From Vulcanimicrobiota bacterium (GTDB lineage Bacteria; Vulcanimicrobiota; Vulcanimicrobiia; Vulcanimicrobiales; Vulcanimicrobiaceae): a stretch of 64,000 bases of DNA. A model generated the notes under the pieces. It was not told the DNA's origin. It did no database searches and saw only the letters and a list, made by a program, of their open reading frames with translations. The stretch is from assembly GCA_963851255.1 (NCBI GenBank), contig CAWKOF010000007.1:55826-119825 (forward strand). The letters are read 5' to 3'. The translations under genes and the position numbers were made by a program. The number at the start of each line of letters is the position of its first letter. Positions within the stretch are counted from its first letter, which is position 1. Positions 51,908 through 61,415 of the stretch are shown in pieces.

Positions 51908-52354
51908 TTACCCGCCGCTCAGCCGCTTCTTCACGTTCTCGAAGGTCGTGGCGATCACGCGCTGCGATTGGGTGTCGACGGCGCGCCCGCCGATCGTTGC
52001 GACCGGTCCGCGCAGCGCAGCGGTCCCCTTCCAATCCAGAATGGTCGTTGCGCCGTCGGTGCTTAGATCGGCGCCGGCGACCAAATCGACGACGCTGCCG
52101 AGACCGCCGCCGCTGATCTTCAAATCCATGTGGTTGCCGTCGGCTCGCGGCTCGAGGACGATCTTGAACGTGAACTTTCCGCGAACCGGACCGACCGCGA
52201 CGCCGACGGTCGCATTGAAACTGTGTGCGTCGATGATGCTGGTCGATTGAACGTCGGGCAGACACGCGGCGATCTTCGCCGGGTCGTTGATGAAGTTCCA
52301 AACGGTCGCCTTATCGGCGGATATCCGCTCCTGCCCGCTCCAGTTGAGGTTCAT
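51908..52354 (-). CDS. coxG: Carbon monoxide dehydrogenase subunit G (SRPBCC fold)
   Basis: 148 aa. Typical CoxG N-terminus ([33 protein letters not shown]). ATGA overlap with coxL. Confidence 0.8.
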   Translation of the reverse strand: MNLNWSGQERISADKATVWNFINDPAKIAACLPDVQSTSIIDAHSFNATVGVAVGPVRGKFTFKIVLEPRADGNHMDLKISGGGLGSVVDLVAGADLSTDGATTILDWKGTAALRGPVATIGGRAVDTQSQRVIATTFENVKKRLSGG

Positions 52355-54708
52355 GCCGTAGGAGACGCGTTACGGATGGCGCGCCAGACTTTCTCGCGCG
52401 TCAGCGGCATGTCGATGTGCGTAATGCCAAGCGGCGCGAGCGCGTCCATGACGGCGTTGACGAAGGCCTGCGGCGACCCGACGTTGGGACTCTCGCCGAC
52501 GCCCTTGGCGCCGATCGGATGGTGCGGACTCGGCGTCACCGTGCCGTCGGTCTCCCAATGCGGCGTTTCGAGCGCGGTTGGGATGAGGTACTCGGTGAAG
52601 TTGGTGTTGAGGTTGTTACCGCCGTCGTCGTACTTGATCTCCTGCATGAAGGCCATCGCAAAGCCTTCGGTGAGACCGCCGTGGATCTGTCCTTCAACGA
52701 TCATCGGATTGATGACGACTCCGCAGTCGTCTACCGCCAAGAAACGAAGAACTTTCACGGCGCCGGTATCTTTATCAACGTCGACGACCGCGATGTACGC
52801 GCCGTTGGGGAACGTCAAGTTCGGCGGATCGTAGTAGTACGTTGCTTCGAGTCCCGGTTCGGTCTCGGGCGGCGGATTGGTGTAGGCCGCGAACGCGACC
52901 TCCTTCATCGTGACGCTCTTTCCGGGAACGCCTTTGACGCCGAACTTATAGTCTTTCCACTCGACGTCGTCTTCAGAGGCTTCCAAGAGATGTGCGGCGA
53001 TTTTCTTCGCCTTCTCGCGAATCCGGCGCGCCGCCAAGGCGAGCGCTCCACCCGCGACCGGCGTGCTGCGGCTCGCATAGGTTCCCAAGCCGTAAGGAGC
53101 GGTGTCGGTGTCGCCCTCCTCGACGAGCAGCTCTTGTGGGTCAAGTCCGAGCTCTTCGCCGACGATCTGCGCCCAGGTCGTCTCGTGGCCCTGTCCCTGA
53201 TGGCGCGTTCCGGCGCGCACGATGCCCGAGCCTGTTGGATGAATGCGGATCTCGGCGCTGTCGAACATCTTGATGCCTAAGATGTCGAACTGCTTGCCCG
53301 GGCCCGCGCCAACGGTCTCGGTGAAGGTGGAGATGCCGATTCCCATCAGCTCGCCGCGAGCGCGTTTCGCGGCTTGCTCTTTGCGCAGCGCGTCGTAACC
53401 AATCTTGTCGAGCGCTTTGTGCAGCGTCGCCGAGTAATCGCCGCTGTCGTACGTAAAGCCGAGCGGCGACGCATACGGAAACTGCTCTTTTTTGACGAAG
53501 TTTTTCTCGCGGAACTGCGCCGCGTCCATATTGAGCTTGCGCGCGAGAATCTCCATCCCGCGCTCGATCGCAAACGAGGCTTCAGTCACGCGGAACGAGC
53601 AGCGATAAGCGATCCCACCCGGTGGCTTATTGGTGAAGTAGGCGTCGACTTCGGCGAACGCTGCCGGAAAGTCGTAGGATCCCGTGACGATGCCGAACAT
53701 TCCGGCCGGATACTTACGCGGATCGGCGGCGGCGTCGAACGCGCCGTGATCGGCGACCGTCGTGACCTTAAGCGCGGTGACTTTCCCCTCTTCGGTCGCG
53801 CCGATCTCGACGTCCATGTGATAGTCTCGCGCGAAACCGGTTGTGGTGAGGTTTTCGGTTCGCGACTCGACCCACTTTACCGGAACTCCGATAATGACCG
53901 AGGCCACCGTAGCGACGACGTAGCCCGGATAGACCGGAACCTTATTGCCGAAGCCGCCGCCGACGTCGGGCGATATCACGTGGATCTTGTCTTCCGGGAT
54001 TCCGGTGACGAGCGAAAACGCGGTGCGATGGACGTGTGGGGCTTGCGAGGTCATGTAAAGCGTCAAGCGGCCCGTGGCCTTGTTCATGTCCGCGAGTACT
54101 CCGCAGGGTTCGAGCGGCGCGGGGTGACAGCGCGGCGAGAGAATCCGTTCCTTGATGCGAACCGGGGAGGTCGCCAGCGCGCTTTCCGTCTTGGCCTTGT
54201 CGCCGACCTCCCAATGATAGATGTGATTCGTCTTCTGCTCGCGGTCGTCTCGAAGAATGATCTTATCTTCGCGCGCTTGATAGGGATCGGAGATCGGATC
54301 GAGCGGTTCGTACTCCACCTCGACCAGCTCGGCGCCGTCGACCGCGATCTCGCGTGAGGTCGCGACGACGCCGGCGACTTCCTGATACTGGTAGAGCGCC
54401 TTGCCGAACGCCAGCACCATCTGTTTGTCGTAGCCGTGAAAGGTCGGCAACCACTCCAGCTTGGCGACGTCGAGATCTTCGCCGGTGATGACCGCCTTGA
54501 CGCCTGGCAGCGCCATCGCCTTGCTCTTGTCAATGCTCTTGATGCGCGCGTGCGGATACGGGCTGTGCACGAGCGCTAGGTAGAGCATGTTGGGCAGCTT
54601 GATGTCGTCGAGATAGCGCCCGCGCCCGCGAATGAAGCGCGGATCCTCCTTGCGTTTCATCGCGACGCCGATGGCGTGACGTTGCTGGCCGTCGGTCGTC
54701 GTCGTCAT
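52351..54708 (-). CDS. coxL: Aerobic CO dehydrogenase large (molybdopterin) subunit, form I
   Basis: 785 aa. Xanthine dehydrogenase family. The form I active-site loop AYRCSFR is encoded at 53590-53610 (GCT TAT CGC TGC TCG TTC CGC on the minus strand). Confidence 0.9.
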   Translation of the reverse strand: MTTTTDGQQRHAIGVAMKRKEDPRFIRGRGRYLDDIKLPNMLYLALVHSPYPHARIKSIDKSKAMALPGVKAVITGEDLDVAKLEWLPTFHGYDKQMVLAFGKALYQYQEVAGVVATSREIAVDGAELVEVEYEPLDPISDPYQAREDKIILRDDREQKTNHIYHWEVGDKAKTESALATSPVRIKERILSPRCHPAPLEPCGVLADMNKATGRLTLYMTSQAPHVHRTAFSLVTGIPEDKIHVISPDVGGGFGNKVPVYPGYVVATVASVIIGVPVKWVESRTENLTTTGFARDYHMDVEIGATEEGKVTALKVTTVADHGAFDAAADPRKYPAGMFGIVTGSYDFPAAFAEVDAYFTNKPPGGIAYRCSFRVTEASFAIERGMEILARKLNMDAAQFREKNFVKKEQFPYASPLGFTYDSGDYSATLHKALDKIGYDALRKEQAAKRARGELMGIGISTFTETVGAGPGKQFDILGIKMFDSAEIRIHPTGSGIVRAGTRHQGQGHETTWAQIVGEELGLDPQELLVEEGDTDTAPYGLGTYASRSTPVAGGALALAARRIREKAKKIAAHLLEASEDDVEWKDYKFGVKGVPGKSVTMKEVAFAAYTNPPPETEPGLEATYYYDPPNLTFPNGAYIAVVDVDKDTGAVKVLRFLAVDDCGVVINPMIVEGQIHGGLTEGFAMAFMQEIKYDDGGNNLNTNFTEYLIPTALETPHWETDGTVTPSPHHPIGAKGVGESPNVGSPQAFVNAVMDALAPLGITHIDMPLTREKVWRAIRNASPTA

Positions 54709-55208
54709 GATGCACTCCCTGCGGTGATCGTGTCACCCTGAGCCTGTCGAAGGGCGTTCGCCGCCTGCTCGACCGCCTTGACGATGTTTTGATATCCCGT
54801 ACAGCGGCAGAGATTCCCCGCGATCTGCTCGCGGATCTCCACTTCGCTTGGCTGCGGCTTGTGTTTGAGCATCACGTAGGCCGTCATCAGCATGCCCGGC
54901 GTGCAGTAGCCGCACTGGAGTCCGTGCTGGTCCCAAAAAGCTTGCTGGAGCGGATGGAGTTTGCCACCTTGCTCGAGCCCTTCGACCGTCGTGATCTCGT
55001 GGCCGTCGGCTTGGACGGCAAACATCGTGCACGATTTGACCGCTCGATCGCCGTCGAGCGCGACGACGCAGCAGCCGCAGCTCGACGTATCGCAGCCGAC
55101 GTGCGTTCCGGTCAGGCCGAGCTCTTCGCGCAGAAAGTACGCCAAGAGCATGCGCGGTTCGACGTCGCGTTCGTAGGCAGTGCCATTGACGGTAACGCTG
55201 ACCTTCAT
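54705..55208 (-). CDS. coxS: CO dehydrogenase small [2Fe-2S] subunit
   Basis: 167 aa. Cys clusters [12 protein letters not shown] and CGYCTPG ... CRCTGY. Confidence 0.9.
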   Translation of the reverse strand: MKVSVTVNGTAYERDVEPRMLLAYFLREELGLTGTHVGCDTSSCGCCVVALDGDRAVKSCTMFAVQADGHEITTVEGLEQGGKLHPLQQAFWDQHGLQCGYCTPGMLMTAYVMLKHKPQPSEVEIREQIAGNLCRCTGYQNIVKAVEQAANALRQAQGDTITAGSAS

Positions 55209-56086
55209 TGTAAATCTCCCACGCCGAGACGTTCCAAGGACTGCACGATCGCGCGACCGACGAGCACGCCGGCCATTGACTTTTTATATTCGACCGAACC
55301 GCGATTGTCGGGACTCGGGTCGGCCACTTTCTCGGTTTCGCGCATCGCCTCTTGCACGAGGCTCTTGCTCGGCTTGGCACCTTTGAGCAGCTGCTCGGCG
55401 GCCGGTACCCGTAGCGCTTTTGCACCGAGCGCGCCGATGGCAATGCCGGCATCGGCGATCGTTCCGTCGGCGGCGAGCGCGATCTGCACTGCCGCCGAGG
55501 CGGTCGCGAAGTCACCGACCTTGCGTTCAATCTTCTGAAACGAGCCTGAGGTCCGCGCGCCCGGCGTCGGAAAACGCGCTTCCACGGCAATCTCGCCGGT
55601 GGCGACCGCGGTCGTATACGAATCGACCAGAAAGTCGTCGATCGCAATCGTTCGGGTGCCGCTTTTGCCGCGAACGACGATCTGCGCGCGCGACGCAAGC
55701 GCCGTCGCCGGCCAGTCGCCGGCCGGATCGTTGTGGCAGAGGCTTCCGACGACCGTACCCATTTGACGCACCACCGGATCGGCGACGACCGCCGACGTAT
55801 CCGCGATAAGCCGATAGCGGTCGCCGATCAGTTTTGAAGTTTCGAGCGTGAAGTCGCGCGTCGTGGCGCCGACCGTAAGGGCGCCGTCGCTTTCGCGCAG
55901 ATAGGCCAGCTCCTCAATTGGATTGATGTCAACCAGGAGCGAGGGCCGGGCTAGCCGGAATCGCATCGCAGGGATCAGGCTTTGCCCGCCCGCTAGCACG
56001 CGCGCATCTTCGCCGCCGCGGGTGAGCAATTCAAGCGCCTCTTCGACCGAACGGGCCGACCGGTAGTCGAACGGTGCTGGAAACAT
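55205..56086 (-). CDS. coxM: CO dehydrogenase medium FAD-binding subunit
   Basis: I prefer ATG 56086 (MFPAPFDY; GGAGG RBS). FAD-binding motif LAGGQSL. ATGA overlap with coxS. Confidence 0.9.
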   Translation of the reverse strand: MFPAPFDYRSARSVEEALELLTRGGEDARVLAGGQSLIPAMRFRLARPSLLVDINPIEELAYLRESDGALTVGATTRDFTLETSKLIGDRYRLIADTSAVVADPVVRQMGTVVGSLCHNDPAGDWPATALASRAQIVVRGKSGTRTIAIDDFLVDSYTTAVATGEIAVEARFPTPGARTSGSFQKIERKVGDFATASAAVQIALAADGTIADAGIAIGALGAKALRVPAAEQLLKGAKPSKSLVQEAMRETEKVADPSPDNRGSVEYKKSMAGVLVGRAIVQSLERLGVGDLQ

Positions 56087-56178
56087 TCGCGCCTCCAAAC
56101 CATGCATGGTGGACCAGTGATTTCGGTCCCCTCGAGTTCGACGCCGGGCCGCCGCTTCCTCAGCGCTCGCGGCTCCGT

Positions 56179-58092
56179 CTATGCTCGCGGCCGGATTACC
56201 AACTCCGGTTGAGGTCTCGGCGCTCCAGCTGCCAGCATCAGAGCAGCCTTCTCGCGGCGGTCGTTGATGGCAAACACGTCGCCGGTGACCGCTGCGGCGT
56301 AGGCGCTTTGTTCGTCATTTTCCCAAGCATACGAACAAGGCGGCGCATCGAGAGGGCGGTTCATCAGCGTTTCATACTCGGGTGTGTATGCATTGCAGAA
56401 TTGGCGGATCCAGTTTTCGAACAACGCCATCGAGGTTCGGTAGCGCACGACGCAATGGTTGTCCCAGTTGGTCGGTTGGACGATGTGCCCCCCGCACGCG
56501 GCAGGGTTTGGCCTCGCAAGGTTCTCGAACAACCGCTGACCGGCACACGTCCCGCGCTCCGCGAGCTTTTTCAGTAACTCGGGGCTCATGTTAAGGTTCA
56601 TCCCGCCTTCGTCGGCGTTCAAGTAAACGTGGACGATGCGATCGCGAAAGCCGGGAACGCGACTCTGCATGTTGTCTTGCCAGTTTTGCATCGCATTGAA
56701 GATTGCGCCTAAGAAGCCGCCCAGATTGGGGTGCGGATCTTCGAAACGCGTCCACGTCTCGAGCAGGATACCGTTGCGATCGGGCATCCAGACGTTCTTG
56801 CATTGATCGTCGTCCTCGTCTTGACCGCCGGGAAAGGCGTCCAAGTCGATCGCGAAGGTCGGCCTCGTTGGGACAGGCGCATCGAAAAGATGTATTGGAA
56901 AGTTACTCGAGAGGCCGCCATCGGAGAACCAGCACCTCTCGAACAGAGGCGCTTCCCGGTTCTCTTGATTGCGTGCGAGACCCCAGTCAACGGCGTATAA
57001 CGGAACCGCGCTGATGAGAAGCGGGAATGAAAGGCTCATTCGCGCGGCGACCACGATCGGCAGATCGGCGGCTTCCGGCAACGGTATCCGCGGCAACGCG
57101 GATTCCATGCGAGCCGGCTCGCTGGGATCGTTTCCCGAGGGCTTCCGGCTCTTCTCGATCATGTGCTCGACGATCCGGGCCGGAAAGAGCTTCCGGAAGT
57201 CGGCCGGATCGAAATAGAAAATGCTCGTATCGAACGGAAAACGGTACGGGCGACCGTGCGTCAGGTTCGTCGTGATCGTTTCGAGATTGATCTCGCGCGC
57301 TTCCCGCTCGCGGGCACGCGCATACGCATCCTGTTCGCTGTCGGCGACCGGACTGGCGCCCGGCGCCGCCGCTCCCAATCCCCACAGGTCCCCGAACGTC
57401 AACGGTTCTTGCCGGCTTTCGACCCCGGCAAGCGTGTCGATGGTGTTCGCAAGCCATGCCGTCAGCACGTTCGTGTCGTTTGGATTGGTATCGTCGAGTC
57501 CATTGCAAATGCCGTAGAGATTGGCGGGAATCTTGTTTGCCAGAGAATCGAATACGATCCAGAGCGTCATGAGAAGCGGCAGCACCAAGATCAGACAGAT
57601 TCCAAAGGCAACGGCCCACCAGTGCCCGCTCGCGACGCCATAGGCGGCAAAGAGCACGCCGGGCGTCACTGCCGCTGCGCAGAGCGGCACGTTCCACGAA
57701 AACAAGGCCGCGAAAAACGCGACGAGCTTACTCTGTCCTCGCGGCGAGTCGAGCACGCGCGTTAAAAGCGCGAGCAACGGCCGCGTGCTGCGATTCGCTT
57801 TAAAGAGGCCGAAAAGGTTGCCGCCTCCGCAAACCCAGCGACGAATTTCGGCGAGGCCCGCAAAAGCGGTGCCGCTCTTCGTTTGCCGGCCATACTCGGC
57901 AGCGGCCGTCATAGCCGCGGCGATCGCTCCCGCCGACGTTCCCCCGATGTTGCGGAAGCGATACTTTTCCGAAAGCGCTACCACGGCCGCGGGGTAAACA
58001 ACGCCGCTCGTGATTCCGCCTTTCATGACGATGTCGCACTGACTTGGCGTAGTACGAAGCTGTCCGCCATCGTTTGATGGTGTAGTCGTCAT
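56179..58092 (-). CDS. Patatin-like phospholipase with internal transmembrane segment and large C-terminal domain
   Basis: I prefer ATG 58092 (GGAGGG RBS). Oxyanion motif KGGITSG, nucleophile GGTSAG, catalytic Asp in FSDGGLSSNFP. Hydrophobic block LVAFFAALFSW ... ICLILVLPLLMTLWIVF lies between the Ser and Asp motifs. Confidence 0.85.
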   Translation of the reverse strand: MTTTPSNDGGQLRTTPSQCDIVMKGGITSGVVYPAAVVALSEKYRFRNIGGTSAGAIAAAMTAAAEYGRQTKSGTAFAGLAEIRRWVCGGGNLFGLFKANRSTRPLLALLTRVLDSPRGQSKLVAFFAALFSWNVPLCAAAVTPGVLFAAYGVASGHWWAVAFGICLILVLPLLMTLWIVFDSLANKIPANLYGICNGLDDTNPNDTNVLTAWLANTIDTLAGVESRQEPLTFGDLWGLGAAAPGASPVADSEQDAYARAREREAREINLETITTNLTHGRPYRFPFDTSIFYFDPADFRKLFPARIVEHMIEKSRKPSGNDPSEPARMESALPRIPLPEAADLPIVVAARMSLSFPLLISAVPLYAVDWGLARNQENREAPLFERCWFSDGGLSSNFPIHLFDAPVPTRPTFAIDLDAFPGGQDEDDDQCKNVWMPDRNGILLETWTRFEDPHPNLGGFLGAIFNAMQNWQDNMQSRVPGFRDRIVHVYLNADEGGMNLNMSPELLKKLAERGTCAGQRLFENLARPNPAACGGHIVQPTNWDNHCVVRYRTSMALFENWIRQFCNAYTPEYETLMNRPLDAPPCSYAWENDEQSAYAAAVTGDVFAINDRREKAALMLAAGAPRPQPELVIRPRA

Positions 58093-58120
58093 CCGGCCCT
58101 CCTGACTTCTTAGCTCGAGC

Positions 58121-58450
58121 CTATCGCCTTTGAGCGACAAGCGCAAGTTGAGCGGCTTGCGCGTAACCGAGTCCCGCGCCATTCCCTTCGAAGGCAACGA
58201 TGCTCTCGCGATTGAGCCGTCGTGTCAGCGCCGATGTCAGGATGCCGTAACTGCTGGCTTCGGTCGGCTCGAGCTTCAGCTCTCCGTTTGAGCGGAAGCG
58301 AACGTCAAGCTACGTGGATGCGGCCCGAGCGAAAGAAGAGCGTCTCGCGATGCGGCGCGCGAGCTCGGCCAGATGCTCTTGCGTTACGCCCGCCGCGACG
58401 CGGTGTTTCTTGAGCTGGTCGCCGAAGGACGGCGCGCTCGTAACCGTCAC
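58121..58450 (-). pseudogene. XRE-type HTH-like ORF interrupted by an in-frame TAG (or a 46-aa HTH peptide gene)
   Basis: Not in the ORF track. Minus-strand frame: GTG(58450) VTVTSAPSFGDQLKKHRVAAGVTQEHLAELARRIARRSSFARAAST, then TAG (58312-58310), then LDVRFRSNGELKLEPTEASSYGILTSALTRRLNRESIVAFEGNGAGLGYAQAAQLALVAQRR with a stop at 58121. The LKKHRVAAGVTQEHLAELA segment is HTH_XRE-like. Confidence 0.3.
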
Positions 58451-58451
58451 G

Positions 58452-58477
58452 CCCCCGAGAGTTCGTCCTCTCGGGGG
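58452..58477 (-). terminator. Perfect 10-bp GC-rich hairpin downstream of the hydrolase gene
   Basis: CCCCCGAGAG-ttcgtc-CTCTCGGGGG, 15 nt after the stop at 58492. No clear U-tract on the minus strand. Confidence 0.45.
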
Positions 58478-58491
58478 CGCTTCTTCTCACA

Positions 58492-59343
58492 CTAGTTGAG
58501 CGACGCCGTTTTGCTCGGCACCGGCGCGCCGAAAAACGCCAAAAGGTCGGAGTTGACGCGATCCTTCAGAGTGGAGGGCAGCCCGTGCGGGGCACCCTTG
58601 TAAACTTCCAGGCGCCCATTTGGCACGAGCTTCACCGCGAGCATCGATGCGTCGGCGATCGGAACGATTTGATCGTCGTCTCCGTGAATGAAGAGCGTTG
58701 GGACGTTCATCTTCTTCAGATCTTCGGTGAAGTCGGTCTCCGAGAACGCCTTGACGCAATCGTAGCAGGCTTTAATCCCCGCAAGCATTCCCTGCAGCCA
58801 GAACGAGTCGCGTAGACCTTGCGAAACCTTCGCGCCCTCGCGGTTGGCGCCGAAGAACGGACTGCTTAGGTCTTTCCAGAATTGCGACCGGTCGGATTGA
58901 ATCGCCGCGCGGATTTGGTCGAAGACCGCGATGGGCAGGCCGCCGGGATTCTCCGCCGTCTTGAGCATGAGCGGGGGAACGGAACTGATCAACACCGCCT
59001 TTGCAACCCGCTGCGTGCCATGCCGACCGATGTAGCGTGCGACCTCGCCGCCGCCGGTCGAGTGCCCGACGTGGATCGCATCGCGCAGGTCGAGCTGATT
59101 GACGACTTCGGCGAGATCGTCAGCGTAGGTGTCCATGTCGTTTCCGTCCCAGGGCTGGCTCGAGCGGCCGTGGCCGCGGCGGTCGTGCGCGATACAGCGG
59201 TAGCCATGCGCAGCTAAGAAGAGCATTTGATCTTCCCATGCGTCAGAACTGAGCGGCCACCCGTGGCTGAAGACGACCGGCTGCCCGGTTCCCCAATCCT
59301 TATAGTAGAGTTGCGTGCCGTCACGCAGCGTCAAATAAGTCAT
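58492..59343 (-). CDS. Alpha/beta hydrolase, non-heme haloperoxidase/arylesterase family
   Basis: I prefer ATG 59343 ([32 protein letters not shown]). Nucleophile GHSTGGG. C-terminal catalytic His in GAPHG. Confidence 0.85.
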   Translation of the reverse strand: MTYLTLRDGTQLYYKDWGTGQPVVFSHGWPLSSDAWEDQMLFLAAHGYRCIAHDRRGHGRSSQPWDGNDMDTYADDLAEVVNQLDLRDAIHVGHSTGGGEVARYIGRHGTQRVAKAVLISSVPPLMLKTAENPGGLPIAVFDQIRAAIQSDRSQFWKDLSSPFFGANREGAKVSQGLRDSFWLQGMLAGIKACYDCVKAFSETDFTEDLKKMNVPTLFIHGDDDQIVPIADASMLAVKLVPNGRLEVYKGAPHGLPSTLKDRVNSDLLAFFGAPVPSKTASLN

Positions 59344-59476
59344 CCGTTTCTCTCCCTTCGTTTCACCAGAATAGCCGTTGGATGCCCGCTGCGATAGTGG
59401 AGCAACTCGCACAACTGCTCGCACGATCCGCTTTTGGGGTGGATTTTGCAAGCTCGCTGTGCGAGCGTGTGCATAG

Positions 59477-60397
59477 ATGATCGCGGCAAGAGTTCACCGG
59501 TATGGCGGCCCTGAAGAGCTCGTACTAGAGGAGACGGCGATGCCGGTACCATCGCCGGACGAAACGCTGGTTCGCGTCAGCGCAGCGGGCGTCGGGCCAT
59601 GGGACGCGCTGATTCGAACGGGACGAAGCGGCGTAGCGCATCGGTTGCCGCTGACGCCGGGTTCCGACATCGCCGGCGTCGTGCAGTCGACCGGTGAGCC
59701 GGTTTTCGGCGTGACGAACCGGTCGTTCACCAGCGGATACGCGCAGTACGCGGCCGCGTCCTTGGGTTCGATCGCGCGCAAGCCGGCGAGCTTAAGTTTT
59801 GTTGAAGCTGCCTCGGTGCCGGTCGTCGCGGTCACGGCCTGGCAAATGGTTTGCGACCGCGCCAACGTTCGCGCCGGTCAAACGGTGCTCGTACACGGCG
59901 CGGCCGGAAATGTCGGTGCCTATGCCGTCCAGCTCGCGCGTTGGGCGGGGGCGCGGGTCATCGCCGTTGCCGGGACCGGCGACGCCGACTACCTGCGAGG
60001 CGTCGGAGCGGCCGAGATCATCGACTTTCACACGCAACGCTTCGACGAACTCGTAGCCGGCGTTGACGCGGTGATCGATACCGTGGGCGGCGACGCGCAG
60101 GAGCGTTCGTTTTCGGTCATCAAACCCGGCGGCATGCTGGTATCGAGCGTTTCGCAGCCTTCCGAAGCGCTCGCTACGCGGTACGGCGTGCGGACCGCGT
60201 ACTTTATCGTCGACGTCCCGACCGCCCAGCTCGAGCGCATCGCGCAGCTCATCGACGATGGTACGCTGAAGGTCGATCTGGGCGTCGTGCTGAGCCTCGC
60301 CGACGCGCGCAAGGCTCACGAGATGCTCGCGGGTACGCTGCCGCATCCGCGCGGCAAGATCGTTCTCGATGTTGACATGCTCAAGGAGAACGCATAA
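59477..60397 (+). CDS. Medium-chain dehydrogenase/reductase, NADPH:quinone oxidoreductase-like
   Basis: 306 aa. GroES-like N-domain and Rossmann motif [18 protein letters not shown]. Confidence 0.85.
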   Translation: MIAARVHRYGGPEELVLEETAMPVPSPDETLVRVSAAGVGPWDALIRTGRSGVAHRLPLTPGSDIAGVVQSTGEPVFGVTNRSFTSGYAQYAAASLGSIARKPASLSFVEAASVPVVAVTAWQMVCDRANVRAGQTVLVHGAAGNVGAYAVQLARWAGARVIAVAGTGDADYLRGVGAAEIIDFHTQRFDELVAGVDAVIDTVGGDAQERSFSVIKPGGMLVSSVSQPSEALATRYGVRTAYFIVDVPTAQLERIAQLIDDGTLKVDLGVVLSLADARKAHEMLAGTLPHPRGKIVLDVDMLKENA

Positions 60398-61317
60398 TGT
60401 TACGTCGGTCGCTTTGGTTAACGGCGGCCCTAGCTGCCGGCATGGTGGGAAAAGTCGCCGCATTCCCGGTAGACTTCGGTCCCGGATTTACGACGCGGAC
60501 CGTGACGGTCGACGGCTGCACAATCAGTGCGACCGTAGGCGGCCACGGTCCGGCCGTCGTGCTACTGCACGGCTACGCCGAAGATTCGCGCATGTGGAGA
60601 CCGCTTGCCGTGGCGCTGGCTCCACGCTTTACCGTGATCGCGCCCGATCTTCCAGGCATCGGCAACTCCTCGATTCCTTCGTCTGGGCTCGACATGGCGA
60701 CATCGTCGCGGCGCATTCACGATGCCGTCGTTGCGCTCGGCTATCGCGACGTGGACGTGGTAGGCCACGATATCGGGCTCATGGTGGCGTACGCGTACGC
60801 GGCGCTCTATCCGAGTGAGGTAATGCGCCTCGCGCTGATGGACGCCTTTCTGCCCGGCGTGCACGGCTGGGAGCCGATCTACGACAACCCCGGCCTGTGG
60901 CATTTTCGCTTCCACGGTCCAACGCCGCTCGCGCTCGTTCGCGGACGCGAGCGGATCTACTTCGATTATTATTGGGATGACTTCGCCGCCGATCCACGTC
61001 ATTCGATTCCCGAAGCGAATCGCGTCGAATACACGGCAGCATACTCGCGCCCCGGACGGATGGCGGCGGGTTGGGCGTACTTCGCTTCGTTTCCGCAGAC
61101 CGCCGTCGCGTTTGCGAAACTCGCGCGGACCAAGTTGACCATTCCCGTTCTCTCGATCGGTGGAGAAAAATCGTTAGGCGTCGCGCTCGGCGCGCAAACG
61201 CGGCTCGTCGCCTCGAACGTCAGCGTCGTCGTCGTTAAGAACGCCGGCCACTGGCTGATGGAAGAACAACCAGTCGCGACGATGACTGCCTTGGAGCAAT
61301 TCTTGGAGCGCCGCTAG
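60397..61317 (+). CDS. Secreted alpha/beta hydrolase, epoxide hydrolase/haloalkane dehalogenase-like
   Basis: 306 aa. Signal peptide, Asp nucleophile elbow VGHDIGLMVAY, and C-terminal GHWLMEEQP. TAATG overlap with the upstream gene. Confidence 0.8.
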   Translation: MLRRSLWLTAALAAGMVGKVAAFPVDFGPGFTTRTVTVDGCTISATVGGHGPAVVLLHGYAEDSRMWRPLAVALAPRFTVIAPDLPGIGNSSIPSSGLDMATSSRRIHDAVVALGYRDVDVVGHDIGLMVAYAYAALYPSEVMRLALMDAFLPGVHGWEPIYDNPGLWHFRFHGPTPLALVRGRERIYFDYYWDDFAADPRHSIPEANRVEYTAAYSRPGRMAAGWAYFASFPQTAVAFAKLARTKLTIPVLSIGGEKSLGVALGAQTRLVASNVSVVVVKNAGHWLMEEQPVATMTALEQFLERR

Positions 61318-61415
61318 TTCACCGTTATCGCCGCCTCCAGCGCAAGACTAGGAGTGACCGGCCGATGAGGGACGCGACCCAGGTCAAGCGAATGTTAGCG
61401 AAGGAGGTAGAGACA

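Noticed and set aside
56100-56109. The 10-nt palindrome CCATGCATGG just upstream of the coxM RBS, as a possible operator.
   Set aside because: A single short palindrome with no second site and no adjacent regulator gene is too weak to call.
58222-58499. Track ORFs 58222-58413 (+), 58305-58490 (-) and 58314-58499 (+) in the gap upstream of the patatin gene.
   Set aside because: They have Arg-rich, non-protein-like composition. The only frame with a recognisable motif is the HTH-like minus-strand frame reported separately.
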